Assembly: GCA_046350115.1 (NCBI GenBank)
Contig: JAXMAZ010000004.1
Location: 285,054 to 309,053 of the forward strand
Direction of reading: 5' to 3'
From: Gemmataceae bacterium
GTDB lineage: Bacteria; Planctomycetota; Planctomycetia; Gemmatales; Gemmataceae
DNA: 24,000 nucleotides
Shown here: in pieces, positions 7,831 to 14,118 of the stretch
Layout of the letters: each line of letters starts with the position of its first letter
How positions within the stretch are numbered: the first letter of the stretch is position 1
Made by a program: the position numbers and the translations under genes
The notes under the pieces: model-generated
What the model saw: the letters and a program-made list of their open reading frames with translations, nothing else
Databases searched by the model: none
Told to the model about the DNA's origin: nothing

Positions 7831-9865
7831 GCGGCGCGGCCGCCGGCTCGGCTGGCTGGTCGGCCTGCTGCTGTTCGTCGGGGCGGCGGTGGCCGCCGCC
7901 CTGACCGCCGGCCCGACCGTCAAATCCCAATTCCCCGGCCTGTTCGCCACCGCCCGCCCGGACCTGGTACTGCACAAGGTCCGGCCGGAGTTCCTGGCCG
8001 TCACCGTGGTCGAGCGGGGCACCCTGGAGTCGGCCGAGAACAAGGACGTCACCTGCAAGGTGAAGGCCGGGTCCAAGGGCACCTACGCCAGCACCATCCG
8101 GTGGGTGATCGACGACGGGTCGATCGTCCAGAAGGGCCAGCTCCTGATGGAGCTGGACGACTCCGCCCTCCAGGACCAGTACCGCACCCAGAGCATCGCC
8201 GTCGAGAAGGCCAAGGCCGAGTGGGTGAAGGCGGACGAAGACCTGACCATCACCGTCAAGCAGAACCAGTCGGACATCGCCACCGCCGACGCCGCCCTGG
8301 CCATCGCCGTCCTCGACCTGGACAAGATGCTCGGGCTGCGGGTGGACCCGGCCCTGGAGCCGGTCGGGGCGGTCGGCGGGGCGGCCGCCACCCTTGCCGA
8401 GCGGGGCGACTTCCAGAAGCGGCTGGACGAGGTGTCCGGCCAGCTCAAGCTGGCCGAGGCCGACCTGGACCAGTACCGGGACCGGTCCGCCTGGGCCGCC
8501 CGGTCGGTCAAGCTCGGGTACCAGACGCCCAGCCAGGCCCGGGCCGAGGACTCCAAGCTGGCCGGGGCGCTGGAGAACGTCGAGAAGCTCCGCAAGCAGA
8601 AGTACGTGATGGAGATGTTCGACCGGAAGAAGGAGCTGACCGACCTGACCAGCAAGGTGGAGGTGGCCCGGCTGAAGATGGACCAGGCGGTCCGCCAGGC
8701 GAAGGCCAAGGAGAACCAGGCCGAGTCCGCCCGCCGGACCACGTTCAGCGTGTACCAGCAGGAGCTGGAGAAGCTGCGGGACATCGAGGAGCAGATCCGG
8801 TTCTGCCGGGTGACCAGCCCCCAGGACGGGATGTGCGTGTACTACAAGGAGGGCGGCAACCGGTGGGGGAACAGCACCGACGGGATGATCCAGCAGGGGG
8901 CCCAGGTGAAGGAGGGGCAGAAGATGCTCCGCATCCCGGACCTCAAGCGGATGCAGGTGAACACCAAGGTGCACGAGGCGATGGTCGGCCGGATCCGCGG
9001 GGACGACAAGCAGACGACCGGCCACTTCGAGGCGCTGCAGGCGGCGTTCCTGCTGGCCCCGGGGCTGGGCCGGGTGGCCCTGTCGTCCGAGGCGTTCCAG
9101 ACCGGGTTCCGGGAGGCCAACCGGGCCAGGGCCGGGGACGGCCGGTTCTACGACGAGTACCTGCTGGCCAGCCCCGGCCAGGGGGCGAACATCCGGGTGG
9201 ACGCGGCCGCCGACAAGCTGCTCAAGGGGCACGTCCGGACGGTGGCGGCGGTGGCCAGCCAGCAGGACTGGATGTCGTCCGACGTGCGGGTGTACCAGAC
9301 CCTGGTGACGATCGACGAGGTGGTCGAGGGGCTGAAGCCGGACATGTCCGCCGAGGTGACGATCCAGGTGGACCCGCCGAAGGAGCCGGTGCTGGCGGTG
9401 CCGGTCCAGGCGATCGTCGGCGGGGCGGAGAACGGGGCCAAGCGGAAGGTGTACGTGCTCACCCCGGCCGGCCCGCAGGAGCGGGAGGTGACGACCGGGC
9501 TGTTCAACGAGAAGATGGTGGAGGTGCGGGAGGGGCTGGCCGACGGCGACCAGGTGGTGCTCAACCCGCGGGTGCTGCTCGGCCCCGGGGCCAAGACCCG
9601 GGAGGAGGCGGCCGAGGCCGGCCCGCCGGCCGGGCATGGGCGGCGGGGCCGGCAAGGGCGGGGAGAAGAAGGCTGGCGGCGGCCGGCGGGCCGCCGGCCG
9701 GCATGGGCAAGGGCGGCGGGATGCCGGGGGCCGGCGGCCCGCCCGGCGGCGGGGGCGGCGGCCCCGGCGGGGCACGGCCTAAGCAGTGATGGTCTGGTCT
9801 CCCTCGTTCCCACGCTCTGCGTGGGAACGCACGGGGGCGACGCTCCGCGTCGCGGACTGCCATGA
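7691..9865 (+). CDS. HlyD-family periplasmic adaptor (membrane fusion protein) of the ABC efflux system
   Basis: N-terminal TM segment LGWLVGLLLFVGAAVAAAL, a barrel-sandwich/lipoyl region (VERGTLESAENKDV...GSIVQKGQLLMELDD), a long coiled coil and a C-terminal beta-barrel (RVYQTLVTIDE...GLKPDMSAEVTI). The alternative start is ATG 7712. As given, the ORF reads through REP copy A and stops at 9863-9865. A Gly-rich tail in the other two frames ends at TGA 9787-9789 (see findings). Confidence 0.85.
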   Translation: MPEGFGPMTPQASPSPGLLPQPHHPSGANGHPHPSPSPAPAPPPKSKRRGRRLGWLVGLLLFVGAAVAAALTAGPTVKSQFPGLFATARPDLVLHKVRPEFLAVTVVERGTLESAENKDVTCKVKAGSKGTYASTIRWVIDDGSIVQKGQLLMELDDSALQDQYRTQSIAVEKAKAEWVKADEDLTITVKQNQSDIATADAALAIAVLDLDKMLGLRVDPALEPVGAVGGAAATLAERGDFQKRLDEVSGQLKLAEADLDQYRDRSAWAARSVKLGYQTPSQARAEDSKLAGALENVEKLRKQKYVMEMFDRKKELTDLTSKVEVARLKMDQAVRQAKAKENQAESARRTTFSVYQQELEKLRDIEEQIRFCRVTSPQDGMCVYYKEGGNRWGNSTDGMIQQGAQVKEGQKMLRIPDLKRMQVNTKVHEAMVGRIRGDDKQTTGHFEALQAAFLLAPGLGRVALSSEAFQTGFREANRARAGDGRFYDEYLLASPGQGANIRVDAAADKLLKGHVRTVAAVASQQDWMSSDVRVYQTLVTIDEVVEGLKPDMSAEVTIQVDPPKEPVLAVPVQAIVGGAENGAKRKVYVLTPAGPQEREVTTGLFNEKMVEVREGLADGDQVVLNPRVLLGPGAKTREEAAEAGPPAGHGRRGRQGRGEEGWRRPAGRRPAWARAAGCRGPAARPAAGAAAPAGHGLSSDGLVSLVPTLCVGTHGGDAPRRGLP
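9801..9855 (+). repeat. REP copy A (two hairpins: 9805-9829 and 9837-9853)
   Basis: CCCTCGTTCCCACGCTCTGCGTGGGAACGCACGGGGGCGACGCTCCGCGTCGCGG. It contains an 11-bp stem CGTTCCCACGC/GCGTGGGAACG with loop TCT, then a 7-bp stem GCGACGC/GCGTCGC. Confidence 0.85.
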
Positions 9866-10398
9866 GCCGCACCCGCTACCGCATCGGCGACACACTGGGC
9901 CCGTACTTCCTGACCTGCACCGTGGTCGGCTGGTTGCCGGTGTTCACCCGCCCGGAGTGCGTCCAGTTCGTCCTGGACTCCTGGCGGTTCCTGCAAGACA
10001 ACGGCCGCCTGGTCCTGTTCGGGTACGTCGTGATGGAGAACCACCTGCACTTCGTCGCCCGCGGGGACCGGCTGGGGGAGGCGGTCGGCGACTTCAAGTC
10101 GTTCACCGCCCGCAAGGTCATCGACCACCTGCGGGACCGCGGCGAGCAGCATCTGCTCGCCCAACTGGCCTGGGCCAAGGCCGCCCACAAGGGAGACCGG
10201 CCGTACCAGCTGTGGCAGGAGGGGAGCCACCCGAAGGAGATCGGGTGCGACGAGATGATGGTGCAGAAGCTGGAGTACACGCACAACAACCCGGTCCGAC
10301 GGGGGTACGTGGACGACCCACTCCACTGGCGGTACTCGAGCGCCCGGAACTATCACGGGCTGCCGGGGCTACTGGACGTGGCCACCGACTGGCGGTAG
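9862..10398 (+). CDS. REP-associated tyrosine transposase (RAYT; IS200/IS605-like HUH Y1 transposase family)
   Basis: HUH motif in VVMENHLHFVA and a catalytic Tyr region, LEYTHNNPVRRGYV. The 178-aa size and flanking REP hairpins are typical of RAYTs. Confidence 0.9.
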   Translation: MSRTRYRIGDTLGPYFLTCTVVGWLPVFTRPECVQFVLDSWRFLQDNGRLVLFGYVVMENHLHFVARGDRLGEAVGDFKSFTARKVIDHLRDRGEQHLLAQLAWAKAAHKGDRPYQLWQEGSHPKEIGCDEMMVQKLEYTHNNPVRRGYVDDPLHWRYSSARNYHGLPGLLDVATDWR

Positions 10399-10410
10399 CC
10401 TCTGCCCCGT

Positions 10411-10464
10411 CCCTCGTTCCCACGCTCTGCGTGGGAACGCACGGGGGCCACGCTCTGCGTGGCG
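10411..10464 (+). repeat. REP copy B (same orientation as A; second hairpin carries a compensatory base-pair change)
   Basis: The first 37 nt are identical to copy A. The second hairpin is GCCACGC-TCT-GCGTGGC instead of GCGACGC-TCC-GCGTCGC. Confidence 0.85.
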
Positions 10465-10502
10465 TCTTTGCGGGTCGGCCGGAGCGTCCCCGGGCGGGCC
10501 GT

Positions 10503-10556
10503 CCGCGACGCGGAGCGTCGCCCCCGTGCGTTCCCACGCAGAGCGTGGGAACGAGG
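10503..10556 (-). repeat. REP copy C (inverted relative to A and B)
   Basis: CCGCGACGCGGAGCGTCGCCCCCGTGCGTTCCCACGCAGAGCGTGGGAACGAGG is the reverse complement of copy A. Together with B and the 38-nt spacer it can form a long REPIN-type hairpin. Confidence 0.85.
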
Positions 10557-10595
10557 TTGCGATACACGCGGCTAAACTTCACGAGACGCCACCCG

Positions 10596-11306
10596 ATGCC
10601 CGCCATCGTCGAAGTGCTCGACCTGTACAAGGACTACTACATGGGGGACGTGACGGTCAACGTCCTCAAGGGGCTGAACCTGGCGTTCGAGGAGGGCGAC
10701 TTCGTCGCCCTCATGGGGCCGTCCGGGTCCGGCAAGTCCACCCTCATGAACATCCTCGGCTGCCTCGACCGGCCGACCGGCGGCCGGTACGTCCTCCGCG
10801 ACCAGGACGTGTCGCAGATGTCCGACGACGAACTCTCGGAGGTGCGGTCCACGTACCTCGGGTTCATCTTCCAGGCGTACAACCTGCTCCCGCAATACAC
10901 GGTCGTCGAGAACATCGAGATCCCCCTGCTCTACCAGGGCGTCCGGCTGGACGAGAACACCAAGGCCCGGTGTTGCGCCCTGGCCGAGATGGTCGGCCTC
11001 GGCGACCGGCTCGACCACCGGCCGCTCCAACTGTCCGGCGGCCAGCAGCAGCGGGTGGCCATCGCCCGCAGCCTGGTCAACGACCCCCAACTGATCCTGG
11101 CCGACGAGCCGACCGGGAACCTGGACTCCCGGACCAGCGACGAGATCATGCAGATGCTCCGGGAGCTGAACAAGGCCGGCAAGACGATCATCATGGTGAC
11201 GCACGAGAACGACATCGCCGCCTGGGCGCGGCGGGTGGTCCGGCTGCGGGATGGGATGGTCGAGTCGGACGTGCGGAACGACACCCGGACGTTGGTCGGG
11301 GTGTAG
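10596..11306 (+). CDS. ABC transporter ATP-binding protein (MacB/LolD-type)
   Basis: Walker A GPSGSGKST, Q-loop, signature LSGGQQQRVAIARS, Walker B LILADEPTGNLD and H-loop MVTHE. The 506-aa ORF in the track is an upstream read-through across the RAYT/REP region. The real start is ATG 10596. Confidence 0.95.
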   Translation: MPAIVEVLDLYKDYYMGDVTVNVLKGLNLAFEEGDFVALMGPSGSGKSTLMNILGCLDRPTGGRYVLRDQDVSQMSDDELSEVRSTYLGFIFQAYNLLPQYTVVENIEIPLLYQGVRLDENTKARCCALAEMVGLGDRLDHRPLQLSGGQQQRVAIARSLVNDPQLILADEPTGNLDSRTSDEIMQMLRELNKAGKTIIMVTHENDIAAWARRVVRLRDGMVESDVRNDTRTLVGV

Positions 11307-11313
11307 CAGCAGG

Positions 11314-11394
11314 GGCGAGGGGAGAGGGCAAGGGGCAAGCCAACCCTCTCTCCGGCCCGGTTCTGGACTTGCCCCTTGCCCCTCTCCCCTCGCC
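11314..11394. repeat. 26/27-bp GC-rich hairpin occupying the ATPase-permease intergenic spacer
   Basis: GGCGAGGGGAGAGGGCAAGGGGCAAG (11314-11339) pairs with CTTGCCCCTTGCCCCTCTCCCCTCGCC (11368-11394) with a single-nt bulge. The loop is 28 nt. Confidence 0.8.
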
Positions 11395-11404
11395 GCTTCT
11401 TCCG

Positions 11405-12781
11405 ATGCCGATCAACATCTTCGACATCCCGCCCGCCCCGACCCGGCACGCCGGCAGCGGGGCGCTGACCCTGACCAAGCTCGGCCGCGGGGTCGCCCTG
11501 GCCGTCCGCAGCCTGTGGCTGCACAAGCTGCGGGCCGCCCTGTCCGTGCTCGGCATCGTCATCGGGACGAGCGCGGTCATCGCCCTCATGGCGTTCGGCA
11601 AGGGGTCCATGCAGGACGCCCTGAACGACATCAAGCGGCAGGGGGCGACCAACATCATCGTCCGCAGCGTCAAGCCGACGGACGACTCGTCCACCGGCAA
11701 CCGGTCGTTCGTCGCCACCTACGGGCTGACCACCCGCGACCTGGAGCGGTTCGCCACGTTCAACGACTCGCTCGTCCGGATCGTCCCGATGCGGGTGTTC
11801 CCGAGCGAGGTCCGGTACCTGGAGCGGATGGACTCGAAGGCCCGGCTGGTGGCCACCACCCCGGAGTACCAGGTGGTCAACCAGTTGCAGTTGGCGGCCG
11901 GCCGGTTCCTGACCGACGACGACGAGCGGACGATGGCCAACCACTGCGTCCTCGGGGCCGGGCTGGCCGACCGGCTGTTCCCGTTCGAGGACCCGATGGG
12001 GCACACCGTCCAGTGCCGCGGCTTCCGGCTCCTGGTGGTCGGGGTGTGCGCCGACCGGATGCCGACCGGAGGGAGCGGCGGGTCACAGGCGGCCGAGGAC
12101 TTCAACCACGACATCTACGTCCCGTTCAGCACCGCCCGCGCCCGGGTCGGGGAGGTGGTGATGATGCGGCAGTCCGGCTCCCGGGCGGCGGAGAAGGTGC
12201 AGGTGTCCCAGGTGGTGCTGACGGTGGACGCCGACTTCGACACGTCCGAGGGGCGGGCCAGGGTGAAGGCGCTGGGCGACTCGGTCAAGGAGATGCTCAA
12301 GCAGGACCACTTCAAGGACGACTGGGCGGTGACCGTCCCGCTCGACCGGCTGGAGGAGGCGGAGCGGGCGCAGGAGCGGTTCACCAGCCTGCTGGTGCTG
12401 ATCGCGTCCATCTCGCTGGTGGTCGGCGGGATCGGGATCATGAACATCATGCTGGCCACGGTGACGGAGCGGACCCGGGAGATCGGCATCCGCCGGGCGC
12501 TCGGGGCCAAGCGGAAGGACATCATCGGCCAATTCCTGGTGGAGGCGGTGGTGCAGACGACCGTCGGCGGGCTGGCCGGGGTGCTAATCGGGCTGGGGAT
12601 CGTGTTCGGGGCGCCGCTCCTGGCCCGCACCTTCTTCGACACCAACCTGCCGGCGCTGGTGAGTTACTGGTCGATCCTGCTGTCGGTCGGGGTGTCGATC
12701 CTGGTCGGGGTGCTGTTCGGCCTGTACCCGGCGTGGCGGGCCGCCCTGCTCGACCCGATCGAGGCGCTGCGGCACACGTAA
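11405..12781 (+). CDS. ABC transporter permease, MacB/FtsX family with periplasmic MacB_PCD domain
   Basis: TM1 (LRAALSVLGIVIGTSAVIALMAF), a large periplasmic domain, then the FtsX core (LIASISLVVGGIGIMNIMLATVTERTREIGIRRALGAKRKDI...LYPAWRAALLDPIEALR). The start is ATG 11405; the 751-aa track ORF is a read-through. Confidence 0.9.
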   Translation: MPINIFDIPPAPTRHAGSGALTLTKLGRGVALAVRSLWLHKLRAALSVLGIVIGTSAVIALMAFGKGSMQDALNDIKRQGATNIIVRSVKPTDDSSTGNRSFVATYGLTTRDLERFATFNDSLVRIVPMRVFPSEVRYLERMDSKARLVATTPEYQVVNQLQLAAGRFLTDDDERTMANHCVLGAGLADRLFPFEDPMGHTVQCRGFRLLVVGVCADRMPTGGSGGSQAAEDFNHDIYVPFSTARARVGEVVMMRQSGSRAAEKVQVSQVVLTVDADFDTSEGRARVKALGDSVKEMLKQDHFKDDWAVTVPLDRLEEAERAQERFTSLLVLIASISLVVGGIGIMNIMLATVTERTREIGIRRALGAKRKDIIGQFLVEAVVQTTVGGLAGVLIGLGIVFGAPLLARTFFDTNLPALVSYWSILLSVGVSILVGVLFGLYPAWRAALLDPIEALRHT

Positions 12782-12789
12782 CCGTGTCG

Positions 12790-12823
12790 CCGCGGGCCGG
12801 CCGGCTTCCCCACCGGCCCGCGG
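12790..12823 (+). terminator. 11-bp perfect GC hairpin 9 nt after the permease stop (possible terminator or stabiliser)
   Basis: CCGCGGGCCGG (12790-12800) pairs with CCGGCCCGCGG (12813-12823); the loop is 12 nt. There is no U-tract. Confidence 0.35.
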
Positions 12824-13254
12824 CCCTTACAATGGGTCCGTCCGCTCTCGGGGGTGTTTGCACGGCTGGTGCCGGCCCTGGTCTTCAAAACCAGGGTCAC
12901 CCGACGCGGAAAGCCCGGAAGCGCCGGGCTTTGCGACTATACTGGCTCCTCTGCTTGTCGTCCGCTTGCTGTCCAGCCTGTTGGCTTCGCCCGGTGGGCT
13001 ACTCTCATACTCGACCCTGGTCCTTCCTGCTCGCCTTCCTGGCCCCGCTTCGTCCCGGTTCCGTCCCCTGACTGTCCCAGCAGGCCAATCGCACTTCCCC
13101 TTGTTCTCTCGCGGTTTGCAGCCACTGTCCTGCTGTCCCAGCCGGGCCAAGACAGAGGCCGGCCGAGGGAGAGGCCCGGTCAGCCTCGGTCACCCGGGGG
13201 TGGACCGCCGGCCGACGGAAGTAACGCCGACCAGCGACCCGGTCTCACTGTCCT

Positions 13255-13865
13255 CTGCTGGGAGGGTAGAAGCCCTCGCCTTTCAGGCGACGGCTTCAGC
13301 AGTTATAAGCGTTGGCCATGGACTCCCACCGCCACGGCCCGCACTCGGTCTTCTCGATCCACCTGCACCTGGTGTGGGTGACCAAGTACCGGAAGTCGGC
13401 GCTGGCCGGGGCGGTGGGGGTCCGTGTCCGTGACCTGATCCGCGAGATCTGCGGGACGCACGACGTGCACATCATCCGCGGGCACGTGGCCGCCGACCAC
13501 GTCCACCTGCTCGTGTCGATCCCGCCGCAGGTGGCGGTCAGCCGGCCGGTGCAGCGGCTCGAGGGGAAGACGGCGTTCAAGCTGCTGCAGGAGTTCGCCC
13601 ACCTGCGGAAGCAGTTCTGGGGCCGGCACCTGTGGGCGCGCGGGTACCTCGCGTGCAGCAGCGGGAACGTGACGGACGAGGTGGTGGCCCAGTACATCGA
13701 GAACCAGGGTCGGGGCGGGGACGCAGAGTTCCGGGTGGAGGGCGGCCCGGAGTAGCTTCAGCCGGCCTGCGGCCGGAGGTCTTCAGCCGACCTCCGGTCG
13801 GAACAGGACTTGAGTCCGTTACACCGAAGCCACCGCCTTCAGGCGGTGGAGCGTTCACTTTCGGC
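13255..13865 (+). mobile_element. IS200/IS605-family element carrying tnpA only (ends approximate, +/- 20 nt)
   Basis: Related subterminal hairpins flank tnpA. The left one is GAAGCC-cTCGCC-TTTCA-GGCGAcGG (13269-13293) and the right one is GAAGCC-aCCGCC-TTCA-GGCGGtGG (13826-13849). The size of about 0.6 kb is typical of IS200-type elements. No tnpB is present. Confidence 0.7.
13318..13755 (+). CDS. tnpA: IS200/IS605 family transposase TnpA (HUH Y1)
   Basis: HSVFSIHLHLVWVTKYRK, the HUH motif in AADHVHLLVSIPP, LEGKTAFKL, and the catalytic Tyr region FWGRHLWARGYLACSSGNVTDEVVAQYIENQ. I prefer ATG 13318 over the TTG at 13312 used by the ORF track. Confidence 0.93.
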   Translation: MDSHRHGPHSVFSIHLHLVWVTKYRKSALAGAVGVRVRDLIREICGTHDVHIIRGHVAADHVHLLVSIPPQVAVSRPVQRLEGKTAFKLLQEFAHLRKQFWGRHLWARGYLACSSGNVTDEVVAQYIENQGRGGDAEFRVEGGPE

Positions 13866-14118
13866 CTGTCCGCCAGCCTCGCCTACCAGTCCCGCATCGA
13901 GGTGATCCGCACCGGCCGATGATGACTCCGGTGTTCCGGTCCAAAGCAGGTGCGCAAATACTGCTTGGGAATGGCAACTCGATCGGTTCGCGCCCGCAGT
14001 AGTCGTTACCGTCCGGCTGTCATGACTGATGTGGCCCGCCTCGGACTCGGACGAGGCGGGGGTGAGGAAGCTCATGTCCTTCGCCGGCCCACCGTGCCGG
14101 ATGTGGCCGCGCTGAGAA

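Larger units (their letters stand above)
9801..10556 (+). mobile_element. RAYT-REP locus: Y1 transposase gene flanked by inverted, near-identical REP sequences plus one extra REP forming a REPIN-like doublet
   Basis: REP A (9801-9855) and REP C (10503-10556, opposite orientation) match at 54 of 55 positions. REP B (10411-10464) is in the same orientation as A. The RAYT gene lies between A and B. Confidence 0.75.

Noticed and set aside
7199-9775. An 858-aa minus-strand ORF. Similar long ORFs include 6625-8082(-), 6063-7277(-), 1916-2917(-), 19140-20381(-), 10931-12004(-), 22382-23239(-) and 5152-5862(-).
   Set aside because: They lie antisense or out of frame to genes with clear homology. They are extremely Arg/Pro/Gly/His-rich and have no domain signatures. 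They are stop-codon-poor artefacts of about 70% GC DNA.
9801-10556. A CRISPR array suggested by repeated about 55-nt palindromic units.
   Set aside because: There are only three copies, one of them inverted. They have irregular spacing (about 555 nt containing a gene, then 38 nt) and a flanking HUH transposase. This is the REP/RAYT architecture, not a CRISPR array. No cas genes are present in the window.
9786-12781. The 506-aa (9786-11306) and 751-aa (10526-12781) plus-strand ORFs taken as single large proteins.
   Set aside because: Their N-terminal parts read through REP sequences, the RAYT gene in a wrong frame, or the ATPase gene in a wrong frame. The homologous ABC ATPase and permease begin at ATG 10596 and ATG 11405.
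12863-12940. A tRNA-Sec-like anticodon stem-loop. A 7-bp stem at 12876-12896 has the loop CTTCAAA (anticodon UCA, identical to the E. coli selC loop). It is preceded by a small CGGC-TGGT-GCCG hairpin and followed by a long extra hairpin.
   Set aside because: No acceptor stem can be formed, because the 5' GGGGGTGT has no complementary 3' partner. There is no T-arm or GTTCRA-type T-loop. The 'anticodon' stem extends to 9 bp. The reverse strand (tRNA-Ser UGA-like loop) fails the same tests.
12824-13254. A known large ncRNA (RNase P, tmRNA, SRP RNA) or a group I intron/IStron upstream of tnpA.
   Set aside because: Only fragmentary resemblances were found: GGAAAGCCCGG versus the RNase P GGAAAGUCCGGGC, CCGGAAG versus the SRP motif, and TATAGTC on the minus strand versus the group I S element. 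The obligatory partner motifs are absent: ACAGAACCCGGCUUA, the tRNA-like 3' end with GGTTCGA, the GNAR/AGCA loops, and the R element. The minus-strand orientation is also wrong for an IStron.
13255-13865. An RNA-guided nuclease partner (TnpB/IscB) or omega-RNA associated with the IS200-like tnpA.
   Set aside because: No ORF of suitable size or with RuvC/HNH/zinc-finger motifs lies within about 1 kb on either side. The HNH gene at 799-1152 is 12 kb away and far too small.
13839-14075. A 78-aa minus-strand ORF (MSFLTPASSESEAGH...) as a small protein next to the peroxiredoxin gene.
   Set aside because: Codon third-position GC collapses after about 16 codons. The ORF runs into the IS200-like right end, and there is no motif or RBS. 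At best it is a remnant.
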